A stretch of DNA of 64,000 nucleotides from Candidatus Micrarchaeota archaeon. GTDB lineage: Archaea; Micrarchaeota; Micrarchaeia; Micrarchaeales; CABMGC01. The stretch covers positions 330 through 64,329 of the forward strand of contig JAGWHJ010000002.1 in the NCBI GenBank assembly GCA_028866835.1, written 5' to 3'. The position numbers and the translations under genes are program-made. Below the pieces are notes generated by a model. The model searched no databases. It had not been told where the DNA came from and saw only the letters and a list, made by a program, of their open reading frames with translations. Below are positions 43,767 through 51,965 of the stretch, piece by piece (positions within the stretch are counted from its first letter, which is position 1; each line of letters begins with the position of its first letter).

Positions 43767-45029
43767 CTATACGGCAAGAAAAATCCAGCATACAATGACG
43801 TTCAGTGACGTAACCACGATACCAACCTTTGCAAAGTCAACGAATGATAGCACATGGTCGTATTTTCTCTCTGCAATCTGTATTATGATGATGTTGCTTG
43901 CTGCACCAAATACGAACAGATTGCCGGCTATGGTGCTGCCTGCGGCAAGCGCCATTGCCTCTGCTGTAGAGACGTGGGCGTATGCCAGCAACTTCAGATA
44001 AATAAGCACCATTGGGACGTTCGAAACTAACTGGCTTCCAAGCACATTAACCAAGAGTATCGTAGGCACCGACCCTAGGTTTAAATTTGCGCTTCCTATC
44101 AAATTCTGCAAGAATCCAGACTGCCATACGCTTCCTACAAGTACAAACAGCGCCATGAAAAATATTATCGTACGCCAATCGATGTTTGCGACCAATGACA
44201 ATCTTTTGTTGCTGAAGATCAGGATGGGCAGGGCAGCCATTACTGCTATATATGAAAAACTTAAGCTCACAGGAACGTCTGTTACTTCTACCGTGGCATA
44301 TATAATCACCGATATGGCCATAATGGCGAGAGATAGCTTGCATAACCCAGCGAGTTTCTTGTCCTTTAGCGGAGGGCGCGTATGGATCAGCGGCTCACGG
44401 TGAAACTCTTTCCTATAAAACGCTTTTAGGACCAGGTATGCGATCGCCAGATTTATGGCTGTTGGAACCAGAAGGTAACTGAAGAACGCGACAAACGGAT
44501 CCTTCACCAGACCGCTAGAAGCGACTATAAGATTCTGCGGATTTCCTATAGGGCTTGCAACGCTTCCTATGGTAATTGCAAAGGCAAGCGACAGCAGCAA
44601 GAGATTAGGATTTATTCTCCATCTCATAGCAAAAATCATAACTACGGGGGTTACGATCACCGCAATCGTATCATTAAGCAAAAACATCGATGCAAAACCC
44701 ATAACCAGAAGCACGAGGAGTACGAGTTCGTCGACTGAACTTGCAACCTTGAATATCTTATAAGATAGGTACTGCGCATAACCGCTTTCGGTTAGCGCTT
44801 CACCCACTATGAAAATACCCAAAAGAAATGTTATCACTGTAAGATCAATGTAGGAAGCTGCCTCGTATGGAGATACCTGCCCAGTAATCATAACTGCTAG
44901 AGCTCCTCCAAGCACGATCTGCCATATCTGTAACCTTATATTGCCTATCCGCCTAAATGTTATTAGTACAAACGCTATCACTAATACTATTACCGATAAG
45001 GGAGGAAGACCCATGCCCATATAAGGCAA
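43767..45029 (-). CDS. ArsB/NhaD-superfamily (SLC13-like) anion permease
   Basis: 420 aa, about 11-12 helices. N-terminal VIAFVLITFRRIGNIRLQIWQIVLGGAL pattern of this family. Confidence 0.65.
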   Translation of the reverse strand: MPYMGMGLPPLSVIVLVIAFVLITFRRIGNIRLQIWQIVLGGALAVMITGQVSPYEAASYIDLTVITFLLGIFIVGEALTESGYAQYLSYKIFKVASSVDELVLLVLLVMGFASMFLLNDTIAVIVTPVVMIFAMRWRINPNLLLLSLAFAITIGSVASPIGNPQNLIVASSGLVKDPFVAFFSYLLVPTAINLAIAYLVLKAFYRKEFHREPLIHTRPPLKDKKLAGLCKLSLAIMAISVIIYATVEVTDVPVSLSFSYIAVMAALPILIFSNKRLSLVANIDWRTIIFFMALFVLVGSVWQSGFLQNLIGSANLNLGSVPTILLVNVLGSQLVSNVPMVLIYLKLLAYAHVSTAEAMALAAGSTIAGNLFVFGAASNIIIIQIAERKYDHVLSFVDFAKVGIVVTSLNVIVCWIFLAV

Positions 45030-45043
45030 TGGATCTATTTAAG

Positions 45044-45100
45044 TCTCCTGCGTAAATTGTGCCTCGGCCTTTTTGCTTTGATGTCGCTGTTCTACCTTTA
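45044..45100 (+). repeat. possible degenerate repeat family copy R8
   Basis: TCTCCTGCGTAAATTGTGCCTCGGCC..TTTTTGCTTTGATGTCGC aligns loosely to TTCCTTGCCGGAGATGTGCCTGACGC..CTTGTGCTT..GATGCGC. Confidence 0.3.
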
Positions 45101-45148
45101 CTAGGCGTTCTTCGGTATGTATCGACAAGTAAGATAAAGAATTCACGC

Positions 45149-45826
45149 TCAATCCAGCCGGCTCTGGACCTCCTTGCTTTCGAGCTCCCTGATAGCATCC
45201 GCCGCCACCCACCTTGCGCTCCTGGAATCCATTTTCTGTATCTCCCGTGCCGTCCGTATTGCAAGAGCATTCAACTTCCTGCTGCGCTTGCCCATCTGCC
45301 TGAGCGCCCAGTTTACCGCCTTCTTAACGAAATTCCTTTCGTCGCGAGACCCGTATTTTATCAATGGGAAAAAAGGTACGAATCTGTCATCGCCCGACTT
45401 CTTGTCATGGACGGCAAGTGCCGCCATCATCGCGTACCCCGCCCTCTTTACGAACTCGCCATCCTCCCTGCTCCATCTGCTGGCCTTCCTGTAGGCGTAT
45501 CTCGTCCTTGCAAAGAGATTGGAGCAGCATTGGTCACACACGTCCCACGAATCGAAATCGCCTGCCCATCTGTCCAACTGGCTCTCGGCCACTTTGTCAG
45601 GGTCATCGATCATGCTGGCAAGAATGCGCGCCTCATGGATCCTGGACCGCCATAGCCTCCCCGCAAGCTCATGATCCTTGCCTATCTCCCTGGCCATCTC
45701 TCGCAACGCCGCTACGGATATGCCAAGCGTGCCTTTTGTATTTATCCCGAACCTTTTCATGCCCTCTATATTCTTTGGGTCTTTCTTAGACTTGAGCCTT
45801 TGAATTACCTGATTGTATAGCGCCAT
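45149..45826 (-). CDS. DNA alkylation repair protein (AlkD-like HEAT-repeat family)
   Basis: KNIEGMKRFGI...LGISVAALREMAREIG...LW.S.IHEARILA...WDVCDQCC. Confidence 0.8.
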   Translation of the reverse strand: MALYNQVIQRLKSKKDPKNIEGMKRFGINTKGTLGISVAALREMAREIGKDHELAGRLWRSRIHEARILASMIDDPDKVAESQLDRWAGDFDSWDVCDQCCSNLFARTRYAYRKASRWSREDGEFVKRAGYAMMAALAVHDKKSGDDRFVPFFPLIKYGSRDERNFVKKAVNWALRQMGKRSRKLNALAIRTAREIQKMDSRSARWVAADAIRELESKEVQSRLD

Positions 45827-45961
45827 CGGACCAGACCAAACAAGTATTCGCAGTATGTTTATAAAATCCTGCAGAAGTCCCGATTCTACTGATCTTCAAC
45901 GGACTGAAGAGCATTCACTATTAAATAATACCATTCAATATGATATGAAGCGTGGAACTGC

Positions 45962-47287
45962 ATGTACTCAAAAGACGCCTCAAGAGTTCTCGGGCAGAAG
46001 GGCATCGCAGTAGGCGATAGGATACGTTTAGTCAAGGATGGCAAGACAATAGAAGGCACACTTATGCCGAGATCGGAGCTTGGCGATCAGGATGTTCTGG
46101 TAATAAAGCTCGACAATGGCTATAACATAGGAGTCAATGTCAAGGCAACTTCATCAGTAGAACGCCTTTCGGGCCCTGCAATGAAGGCCCCGCTTCCAAA
46201 AAGCGACCTGCATCCCAAGAAAGGCCTTGATAAGGTCAAGCTGCTCTACACCGGCGGCACGATAGGGAGCAAGATAGACTATGCCACAGGCGGCGTCTAC
46301 ATGCTGACCAAGCCCGAGGAGCTGCTCTACGACGTGCCGGAGCTTGCCGGCATAGCTAACATAGACATAGAGCATCTCATGAGCATAGCCAGCGAAGACA
46401 TCACCTCCACAGAATGGCAGGCTATTGCAAGAAGCGTCGCGAAGGCATTCGATTCAGGGGCCAAGGGGGTTGTGGTGACGATAGGCACGGACACGATGCA
46501 CTATTCGTCTGCGGCGCTTAGTTTCATGGTGCAGAACCTTCCCGGGCCCGTTGTGCTTACCGGAGCGCAGAGAAGCTCCGACAGGGGATCCAGCGACGGG
46601 TTCATGAACCTGATATGCGCGACGCACCTCGCGTCGTCAAGCGACATCGCAGAGGTGGGCATTTGCATGCACGCCACATCGTCAGACAGCTTCTGCAATT
46701 TCATGCGCGGAACAAAGGTGAGGAAGCTGCACACGTCAAGCAGGGACGCGTTCAAGCCAGTGAACAGCACGCCTATCGCAAGGGTCAATTCGCAGGGGAG
46801 GATAGACTATCTCAGCACCTACGAAAAGGCAGATGGCAAAAGGAAGGCGAAGCTCATGGAAAAGTTCGAGGAGAAGGTGGCGTTGGTAATGCCGTATCCA
46901 AACTCCGACCCAGCCATAGTCAAGCACTATGTCGACAAGGGCTACAAGGGCATGATAATAGCGGCAACAGGCATGGGCCACCTCCCCATATCGACGTCCC
47001 ACAAGGAGTACAACTGGTTCGATAGCGTGAAGGACGCCATTGCATCTGGCGTTATTGTCGGCATCACCTCCCAGTGCCTGTTCGGCAGGGTGAGCGGGAC
47101 GGTGTACAGGTACGGGCGCATGCTCACCGAGGCGGGAGCCATCTACTGCGAGGACATGCTTCCAGAAACAGCATACGTCAAGCTGGGCTTCCTTCTCGGC
47201 AATTATAAGAAGAAGGAGGCCGAGAAGATGCTGGCATCGAACCTTGTAGGGGAGATCACTGACAGGACCCTGGTCGAATGGCAATGA
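45962..47287 (+). CDS. gatD: Glu-tRNA(Gln) amidotransferase subunit D
   Basis: N-terminal GatD domain plus asparaginase-type LLYTGGTIGSK and GVVVTIGTDTM. Confidence 0.9.
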   Translation: MYSKDASRVLGQKGIAVGDRIRLVKDGKTIEGTLMPRSELGDQDVLVIKLDNGYNIGVNVKATSSVERLSGPAMKAPLPKSDLHPKKGLDKVKLLYTGGTIGSKIDYATGGVYMLTKPEELLYDVPELAGIANIDIEHLMSIASEDITSTEWQAIARSVAKAFDSGAKGVVVTIGTDTMHYSSAALSFMVQNLPGPVVLTGAQRSSDRGSSDGFMNLICATHLASSSDIAEVGICMHATSSDSFCNFMRGTKVRKLHTSSRDAFKPVNSTPIARVNSQGRIDYLSTYEKADGKRKAKLMEKFEEKVALVMPYPNSDPAIVKHYVDKGYKGMIIAATGMGHLPISTSHKEYNWFDSVKDAIASGVIVGITSQCLFGRVSGTVYRYGRMLTEAGAIYCEDMLPETAYVKLGFLLGNYKKKEAEKMLASNLVGEITDRTLVEWQ

Positions 47288-47392
47288 TTTCTCTTAATGC
47301 GGAAGGTATAAATAAGCATAGAGTTTCATTTGTATAACCCAGTTATATAACTGCGTTATAAAATAAAGTTTCAATGACAATAGAGTGCAATC

Positions 47393-48223
47393 ATGATTGA
47401 CTATTACCAGCTCCTGGTGCTCGGCGCGATTGCGGGATTCACAATCTTCCTGGGCTTTCCTATAGCACTTATGAGGGCGAGCTCCAGGACCAAGGCGTTC
47501 CTCAACTCCCTTGCGATAGGCATCCTTGTCTTTCTTGTCATAGACGTTTTCAGCCATGCGTGGGACGCCACAACGAACGCTGTGGTAAGCTCGTTTGCAG
47601 GGGAGACGCCGCTTGCCAGCGGCATAGCGCTTCTCATAACGATGTTCATCGGCATAATCCTTGGCTTGATCGGCCTCACAGTGTATGAAAGCAGGTACAT
47701 GAAACCGCAGGCGAAGACCGAGACGAAGCTCGAGAGCACAATGGCCGGAAGGGACGGCATGCACGTGGACCGCCTCAAGCTTGCTACAATGATAGCGATA
47801 GGGATCGGCGCCCACAACTTCAGCGAGGGGCTTGCGATAGGGCAATCGTACGTTGCTGGGGTTATCGGCCTTGCGCTTATACTGGTCATCGGTTTCGGGC
47901 TTCACAACGCCACCGAGGGCTTCGGGATACTCGGGCCTCTACAGGGGAGCGACAAAAGGCCATCGCTGTTGACTCTCGCAAAGCTCGGATTGATAGGAGG
48001 AGGGCCTACATTCATAGGCACGGTCGTCGGGAGCATCTGGGTATCACAGATACTGTACGTACTGTTCCTTTCATTTGCAGGAGGCGCGCTCATCTTCGTG
48101 ATACTGCTCATGTATTCCGTAGTCATAAAGCAGACTTCGAACATGACCGCGATGACCGGCATCCTCATGGGGCTGCTGTTCGGCTTCTTCACAGACCTCA
48201 TAGTATCTCTCGGAGGTGCGTAG
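47393..48223 (+). CDS. ZIP-family divalent metal transporter
   Basis: IGIGAHNFSEGLAIG and GLHNATEGFG. Confidence 0.85.
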   Translation: MIDYYQLLVLGAIAGFTIFLGFPIALMRASSRTKAFLNSLAIGILVFLVIDVFSHAWDATTNAVVSSFAGETPLASGIALLITMFIGIILGLIGLTVYESRYMKPQAKTETKLESTMAGRDGMHVDRLKLATMIAIGIGAHNFSEGLAIGQSYVAGVIGLALILVIGFGLHNATEGFGILGPLQGSDKRPSLLTLAKLGLIGGGPTFIGTVVGSIWVSQILYVLFLSFAGGALIFVILLMYSVVIKQTSNMTAMTGILMGLLFGFFTDLIVSLGGA

Positions 48224-48259
48224 GCGCAAAGAGATAAGAAGTAGCTGCATTATAGTATA

Positions 48260-48763
48260 ATGGTGAATTTCATGCCAAGAGCCGTTAAGGTACCTGCAGT
48301 TCCGCAAGGGTTTCACACGGTAACGCCTTATCTATCGGTAAACGGGGGGATCAAGGCCATCAACTTCTACAAGAAGGCGTTCGGCGCAAAGGAGATAACC
48401 AAATGGCGCTCGCAGACGCCTGACGGAAAGGTAATCCATTCAAGGCTCAGGATCGGGGATTCCCTGGTTATGGTATCCGACAGATTCGGTCCCAACCGCG
48501 GTGATTCAAAGGCCCAGAGCCCTGTAACCCTTCATATATACTCAAAGGATGTGGATAAGCTGTGGAAGAACGCGCTGGCCGCGGGAGCCAAGGTAGAGAT
48601 GCCATTGGATGACATGTTCTGGGGAGAGCGCTATGGCCAGCTCAGGGACCCGCTCGGCCACAGGTGGTCCGTCTCAACCCTGATAAGGATGAGCAAGGAG
48701 GAGATGGAGGCAAAGAGGAAGAAGGCGATGGCCATGTTTGGGCAGGGCAAGCAGCACAAATGA
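48260..48763 (+). CDS. VOC-family (PhnB-like glyoxalase fold) protein
   Basis: VTPYLSVNGG..AINFYKKAFGA...MFWGERYGQLRDPLGHRWSV. Confidence 0.8.
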   Translation: MVNFMPRAVKVPAVPQGFHTVTPYLSVNGGIKAINFYKKAFGAKEITKWRSQTPDGKVIHSRLRIGDSLVMVSDRFGPNRGDSKAQSPVTLHIYSKDVDKLWKNALAAGAKVEMPLDDMFWGERYGQLRDPLGHRWSVSTLIRMSKEEMEAKRKKAMAMFGQGKQHK

Positions 48764-48784
48764 AGCAGTAACGAAGGTCTTTAT

Positions 48785-49333
48785 ATGGACTACAAAAAGA
48801 TAATTCTGAATCCTAACTTCCTGCTGGCTGCAGCGATAGTCGCAGGTGTCATCTATGTTTCGTACGATGTCTTCGGGGGCAGTGCGCCCATAGTCGCAAA
48901 CGGCGACACCGTACAGGTGTACTACATGGGCAAGCTGTCGAATGGGACCGTGTTCGGCTCCAACTTCGGGCAGCAGCCCCTCACGTTCACTGTCGGTGCA
49001 AACCAGGTTATACCTGGCTTCGACCAGGCGGTCATAGGGATGAAGCTCAACTCTACCAAGAGCGTCACAATACCTCCGGACCAGGCTTATGGCGCGGTTA
49101 AACCAAGCCTAATAGTCCAGGTGCCCCTCGCAGAGTTCGGAAACCAAACAGTCAAGGCGGGCATGGTTGTGACAAGGACCGAGAACGGCCAGCAGATCCA
49201 GGGCCTGGTCACCGCAGTCAACGGATCCAACGCAACTCTGAACTTCAATTCGCCGCTTGCGGGGCAGACGCTCAACTTCGAGATCAAGGTAGTGAGCATA
49301 CAGAAGGGAAGAGGCTCGGCTAGCGCACCGTAG
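48785..49333 (+). CDS. membrane-anchored FKBP-type peptidyl-prolyl isomerase
   Basis: N-terminal TM helix. VQVYYMGKLSNGTVFGSNF...VIPGFDQAVIGMK. Confidence 0.85.
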   Translation: MDYKKIILNPNFLLAAAIVAGVIYVSYDVFGGSAPIVANGDTVQVYYMGKLSNGTVFGSNFGQQPLTFTVGANQVIPGFDQAVIGMKLNSTKSVTIPPDQAYGAVKPSLIVQVPLAEFGNQTVKAGMVVTRTENGQQIQGLVTAVNGSNATLNFNSPLAGQTLNFEIKVVSIQKGRGSASAP

Positions 49334-49409
49334 TATAATTTATAATAAAAACAAGGCCGCCCAACTCTGAGCGGCTCTCCTTTCCCGGAGAAACGGCCGT
49401 CCTGCGGCT

Positions 49410-49547
49410 TTACCCTCCTATCTTGAACATCTTAGTGCCGCAGACAGAGCAGAGCCCTTCCTTCGCAGGCTTTCCATTCTTCATGGTAACTTGTTTAACA
49501 TCCTTCATCTCTCTTTTCTGCTTGCACTTCATGCAATATGCTTCCAT
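49410..49547 (-). CDS. DUF5679-like zinc-ribbon protein, 45 aa
   Basis: Hand translation: MEAYCMKCKQKREMKDVKQVTMKNGKPAKEGLCSVCGTKMFKIGG. Confidence 0.6.
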   Translation of the reverse strand: MEAYCMKCKQKREMKDVKQVTMKNGKPAKEGLCSVCGTKMFKIGG

Positions 49548-49606
49548 TCTCATCACCAATTATATTGTATTTTGTTATAGGTAATAATATATTACCATAT
49601 CCTGCG

Positions 49607-50434
49607 TCAACCCTGCCCCTGATCCTGGTTCGTCGTGTCGTTTATCGCCCACCTTGCAAACCTACCGAAGAATCCGCGCCTCTTCTTCCCTCCGACCGGC
49701 GTGTGCGTCTCCGGCTCTCCAACCCTCAGCATGTACACCCTCGAAAGCGCCTCTATGGCCGTTGCGAAGCCCGACCCCCTGTCAAGCATGTATGCGGGCC
49801 TGTGCTTTGCAAGGCTCTCCGGTATTATCTTGTCCTCGGGCATCGTCGCGTAGGCTACGTCGCCGAAGAGCCTCTCGACGCCCTCCCTTGTAAGCTCGAA
49901 CTTGCTGTATCCCGTCCTGTTTATGAGCAGCCTGTGCGATACCTTGAGCTTCTCGCAGTAGCTTGAGAGCTTCGCGCTGCTGATAGCCGAAGGATTGTCA
50001 GGGGTCGTTACTATTATGACATCATTCAGGTATTTCGCGATGGTGCTGTTGAACAGCCCCGGCTGGCCGTCCACTATTATGAAATCATAGCTCAGCTTCA
50101 GTACCTGCGAGTAGAACTTGTTCAGGCTATCCGGAGTTACGTCACCAGAAGTGTCATCTCCTGTATCGCCCAGTATGAGGTCGAGGCCCACCGGCTGGTA
50201 CGAGAAGATGCAGTCAGCCACAGTTGCCTTGCCGGTTATGGCATCTATGTAGCCCTTGCCGCTGCCCTGTATTCCAAGGTGCTCCTTGACGCTGAATGTC
50301 GCGACATCGCTGTCGATCAAAAGAACCGAGTAATCCTGGTAGGTAAGCGCGATGGAGAGGTTCAGGGCTATCGTTGTCTTCCCCACCCCTCCCTTCTGCG
50401 ACGCTACAAATATCAGATACGGTTTCTTGTCCAT
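49607..50434 (-). CDS. ParA/MinD-family ATPase with C-terminal amphipathic helix
   Basis: Deviant Walker A SQKGGVGKTT. C-terminal KKRRGFFGRFARW. Confidence 0.85.
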   Translation of the reverse strand: MDKKPYLIFVASQKGGVGKTTIALNLSIALTYQDYSVLLIDSDVATFSVKEHLGIQGSGKGYIDAITGKATVADCIFSYQPVGLDLILGDTGDDTSGDVTPDSLNKFYSQVLKLSYDFIIVDGQPGLFNSTIAKYLNDVIIVTTPDNPSAISSAKLSSYCEKLKVSHRLLINRTGYSKFELTREGVERLFGDVAYATMPEDKIIPESLAKHRPAYMLDRGSGFATAIEALSRVYMLRVGEPETHTPVGGKKRRGFFGRFARWAINDTTNQDQGQG

Positions 50435-50516
50435 TCAATCCTCAAGAAATGTAATTATAATGCTAGAACATATTTTATATAATTATGTATGGCGCGCGCT
50501 CGCATCAGATAAAACC

Positions 50517-51446
50517 CTACCTCATTGAATTCAGCTCCTTTATCACGGCAGCTGCCACCTCAAGGCTTGCATCATGCGCGGATTCCCTTGTAGAGGCAGC
50601 CACATGCGGAGTTACCAGAAGATTGCTGTGCTTCCTTGCGTAAGCGAGCAGCTGGTTATCCTTGTCAGTCAGAGGCTCGTTCACGAACACGTCTATGGCA
50701 GCGCCGGCTATTACCTTGTTCTTCAGCGCCTCCAGGAGCGCATCCTCGGACACCACCGCACCCCTTGATGTGTTTATAAGGAACGCGCTCTTCTTCATCG
50801 TCTTCATCTCTTCGTAGCCAAGCTCTCCCTTGCTTCCGCTTGTCAGCGCCGCGTGGACCGTCACTATATCCGATTCCCGCAGAAGCTCCTCCAGCGTTAC
50901 CCTCCTCGCTATCGGCGATGAATCAACGTATGGGTCGAAGTATATCACATTCATGCCGAAGGCCCTGGCGTATGTGGCAACGCGGCTGCCTATGCGCCCA
51001 AGCCCCACGACCCCCAGCGTCTTTCCCTCAAGGATGGAGCCTATGAACTGGTACCTCTTCCATACGCCTCTGCTCAGGCTCTTGTAGGACCATGGTATCC
51101 TCCTCAGCAGCGATAGCATGAGTCCGATCGTGTACTCCGCTGTCGACGCGGTGTGCAGCCCATGCAGATTTATTATCTTTATGCCCATGCCCTTCGCGTA
51201 TTCGACATCGATATGATCCAGCCCCGTTGTCACGGAGCCTATTATCTTGAGCCTCTTCGCCACGCTGAGCAGGTCCTTGTCTATGTGCTCCTCGATCCTG
51301 ACAATGAGCACATCGACTTCAGGTATGGCCTCCTCAAGCTGCTTCCTGCTCAGCCTCTTGGCGCGCACCTTCCCTGCCTTTCTGAGCAGATCAATTATCT
51401 CCTTATCGAAATATTCCGGCTCAAGAACTAGTATGTTGTACATCAA
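50517..51446 (-). CDS. D-isomer-specific 2-hydroxyacid dehydrogenase (phosphoglycerate dehydrogenase-like)
   Basis: GKTLGVVGLGRIGSRVA NAD-binding motif; catalytic-region pattern TPHVAAST. Confidence 0.85.
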   Translation of the reverse strand: MMYNILVLEPEYFDKEIIDLLRKAGKVRAKRLSRKQLEEAIPEVDVLIVRIEEHIDKDLLSVAKRLKIIGSVTTGLDHIDVEYAKGMGIKIINLHGLHTASTAEYTIGLMLSLLRRIPWSYKSLSRGVWKRYQFIGSILEGKTLGVVGLGRIGSRVATYARAFGMNVIYFDPYVDSSPIARRVTLEELLRESDIVTVHAALTSGSKGELGYEEMKTMKKSAFLINTSRGAVVSEDALLEALKNKVIAGAAIDVFVNEPLTDKDNQLLAYARKHSNLLVTPHVAASTRESAHDASLEVAAAVIKELNSMR

Positions 51447-51451
51447 TGCAC

Positions 51452-51919
51452 CTAGTGATGCCTTTTATCCATAGCCTTATTCCCATTTATGTCTATCTCA
51501 CCTGCATATATCCTGCTCGATGAGATCGGCAGCCTGTCATACGCCTTGACCATCCCTACCTTCACTATCCTGAGCGGATCAAGCCCGCTCTTCCTCCTTA
51601 TGAGATTTATCTCCTTTGCAGCCTTGACCGTCTCCTGGCTGACGACTATCGCATCGAAATTGCCGCTGGCCGCAGTCCCGTTCCTGTCGTTAAGCCTCTG
51701 TATCCTGAACTTCTTCCCGAACCGCGCAACGAACCGCACCAGCTCCCTCCTCCTCTCCGAGTACCTCTTTATCGCTGCCCCCTTCCTACTTTTGACAAAC
51801 GCATCAGTGGTCAGCCCTATGACTACGGTGTCGCCAAGCATGAAGGCCTTCCTAAGGAGGGCCCTGTGGCCCTTGTGCAGGTATGCGAACGTGCCGCCGA
51901 CTATTACCTTCATTGACAT
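51452..51919 (-). CDS. coaD: archaeal phosphopantetheine adenylyltransferase (cytidylyltransferase fold)
   Basis: VIVGGTFAYLHKGHRALL (HxGH-type); IGLTTD. Confidence 0.75.
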   Translation of the reverse strand: MSMKVIVGGTFAYLHKGHRALLRKAFMLGDTVVIGLTTDAFVKSRKGAAIKRYSERRRELVRFVARFGKKFRIQRLNDRNGTAASGNFDAIVVSQETVKAAKEINLIRRKSGLDPLRIVKVGMVKAYDRLPISSSRIYAGEIDINGNKAMDKRHH

Positions 51920-51965
51920 GAACCTGTCTCTGATCTACAATTGACAAGGTATTTATTTAAACTGA

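Noticed and set aside
45861-45902. ATAAAATCCTGCAGAAGTCCC...GATCTTCAACGG as a further repeat copy
   Set aside because: Only short patches align, and only with several large gaps. It cannot be distinguished from chance by eye.
49340-49400. GC-rich stem candidates (GGCCGC...GCGGC, GGCCGTCCTGCGGC) between the FKBP gene and the zinc-ribbon gene as a terminator or ncRNA
   Set aside because: The pairings are short and imperfect, and archaeal termination usually relies on T-tracts. There is not enough evidence to annotate.
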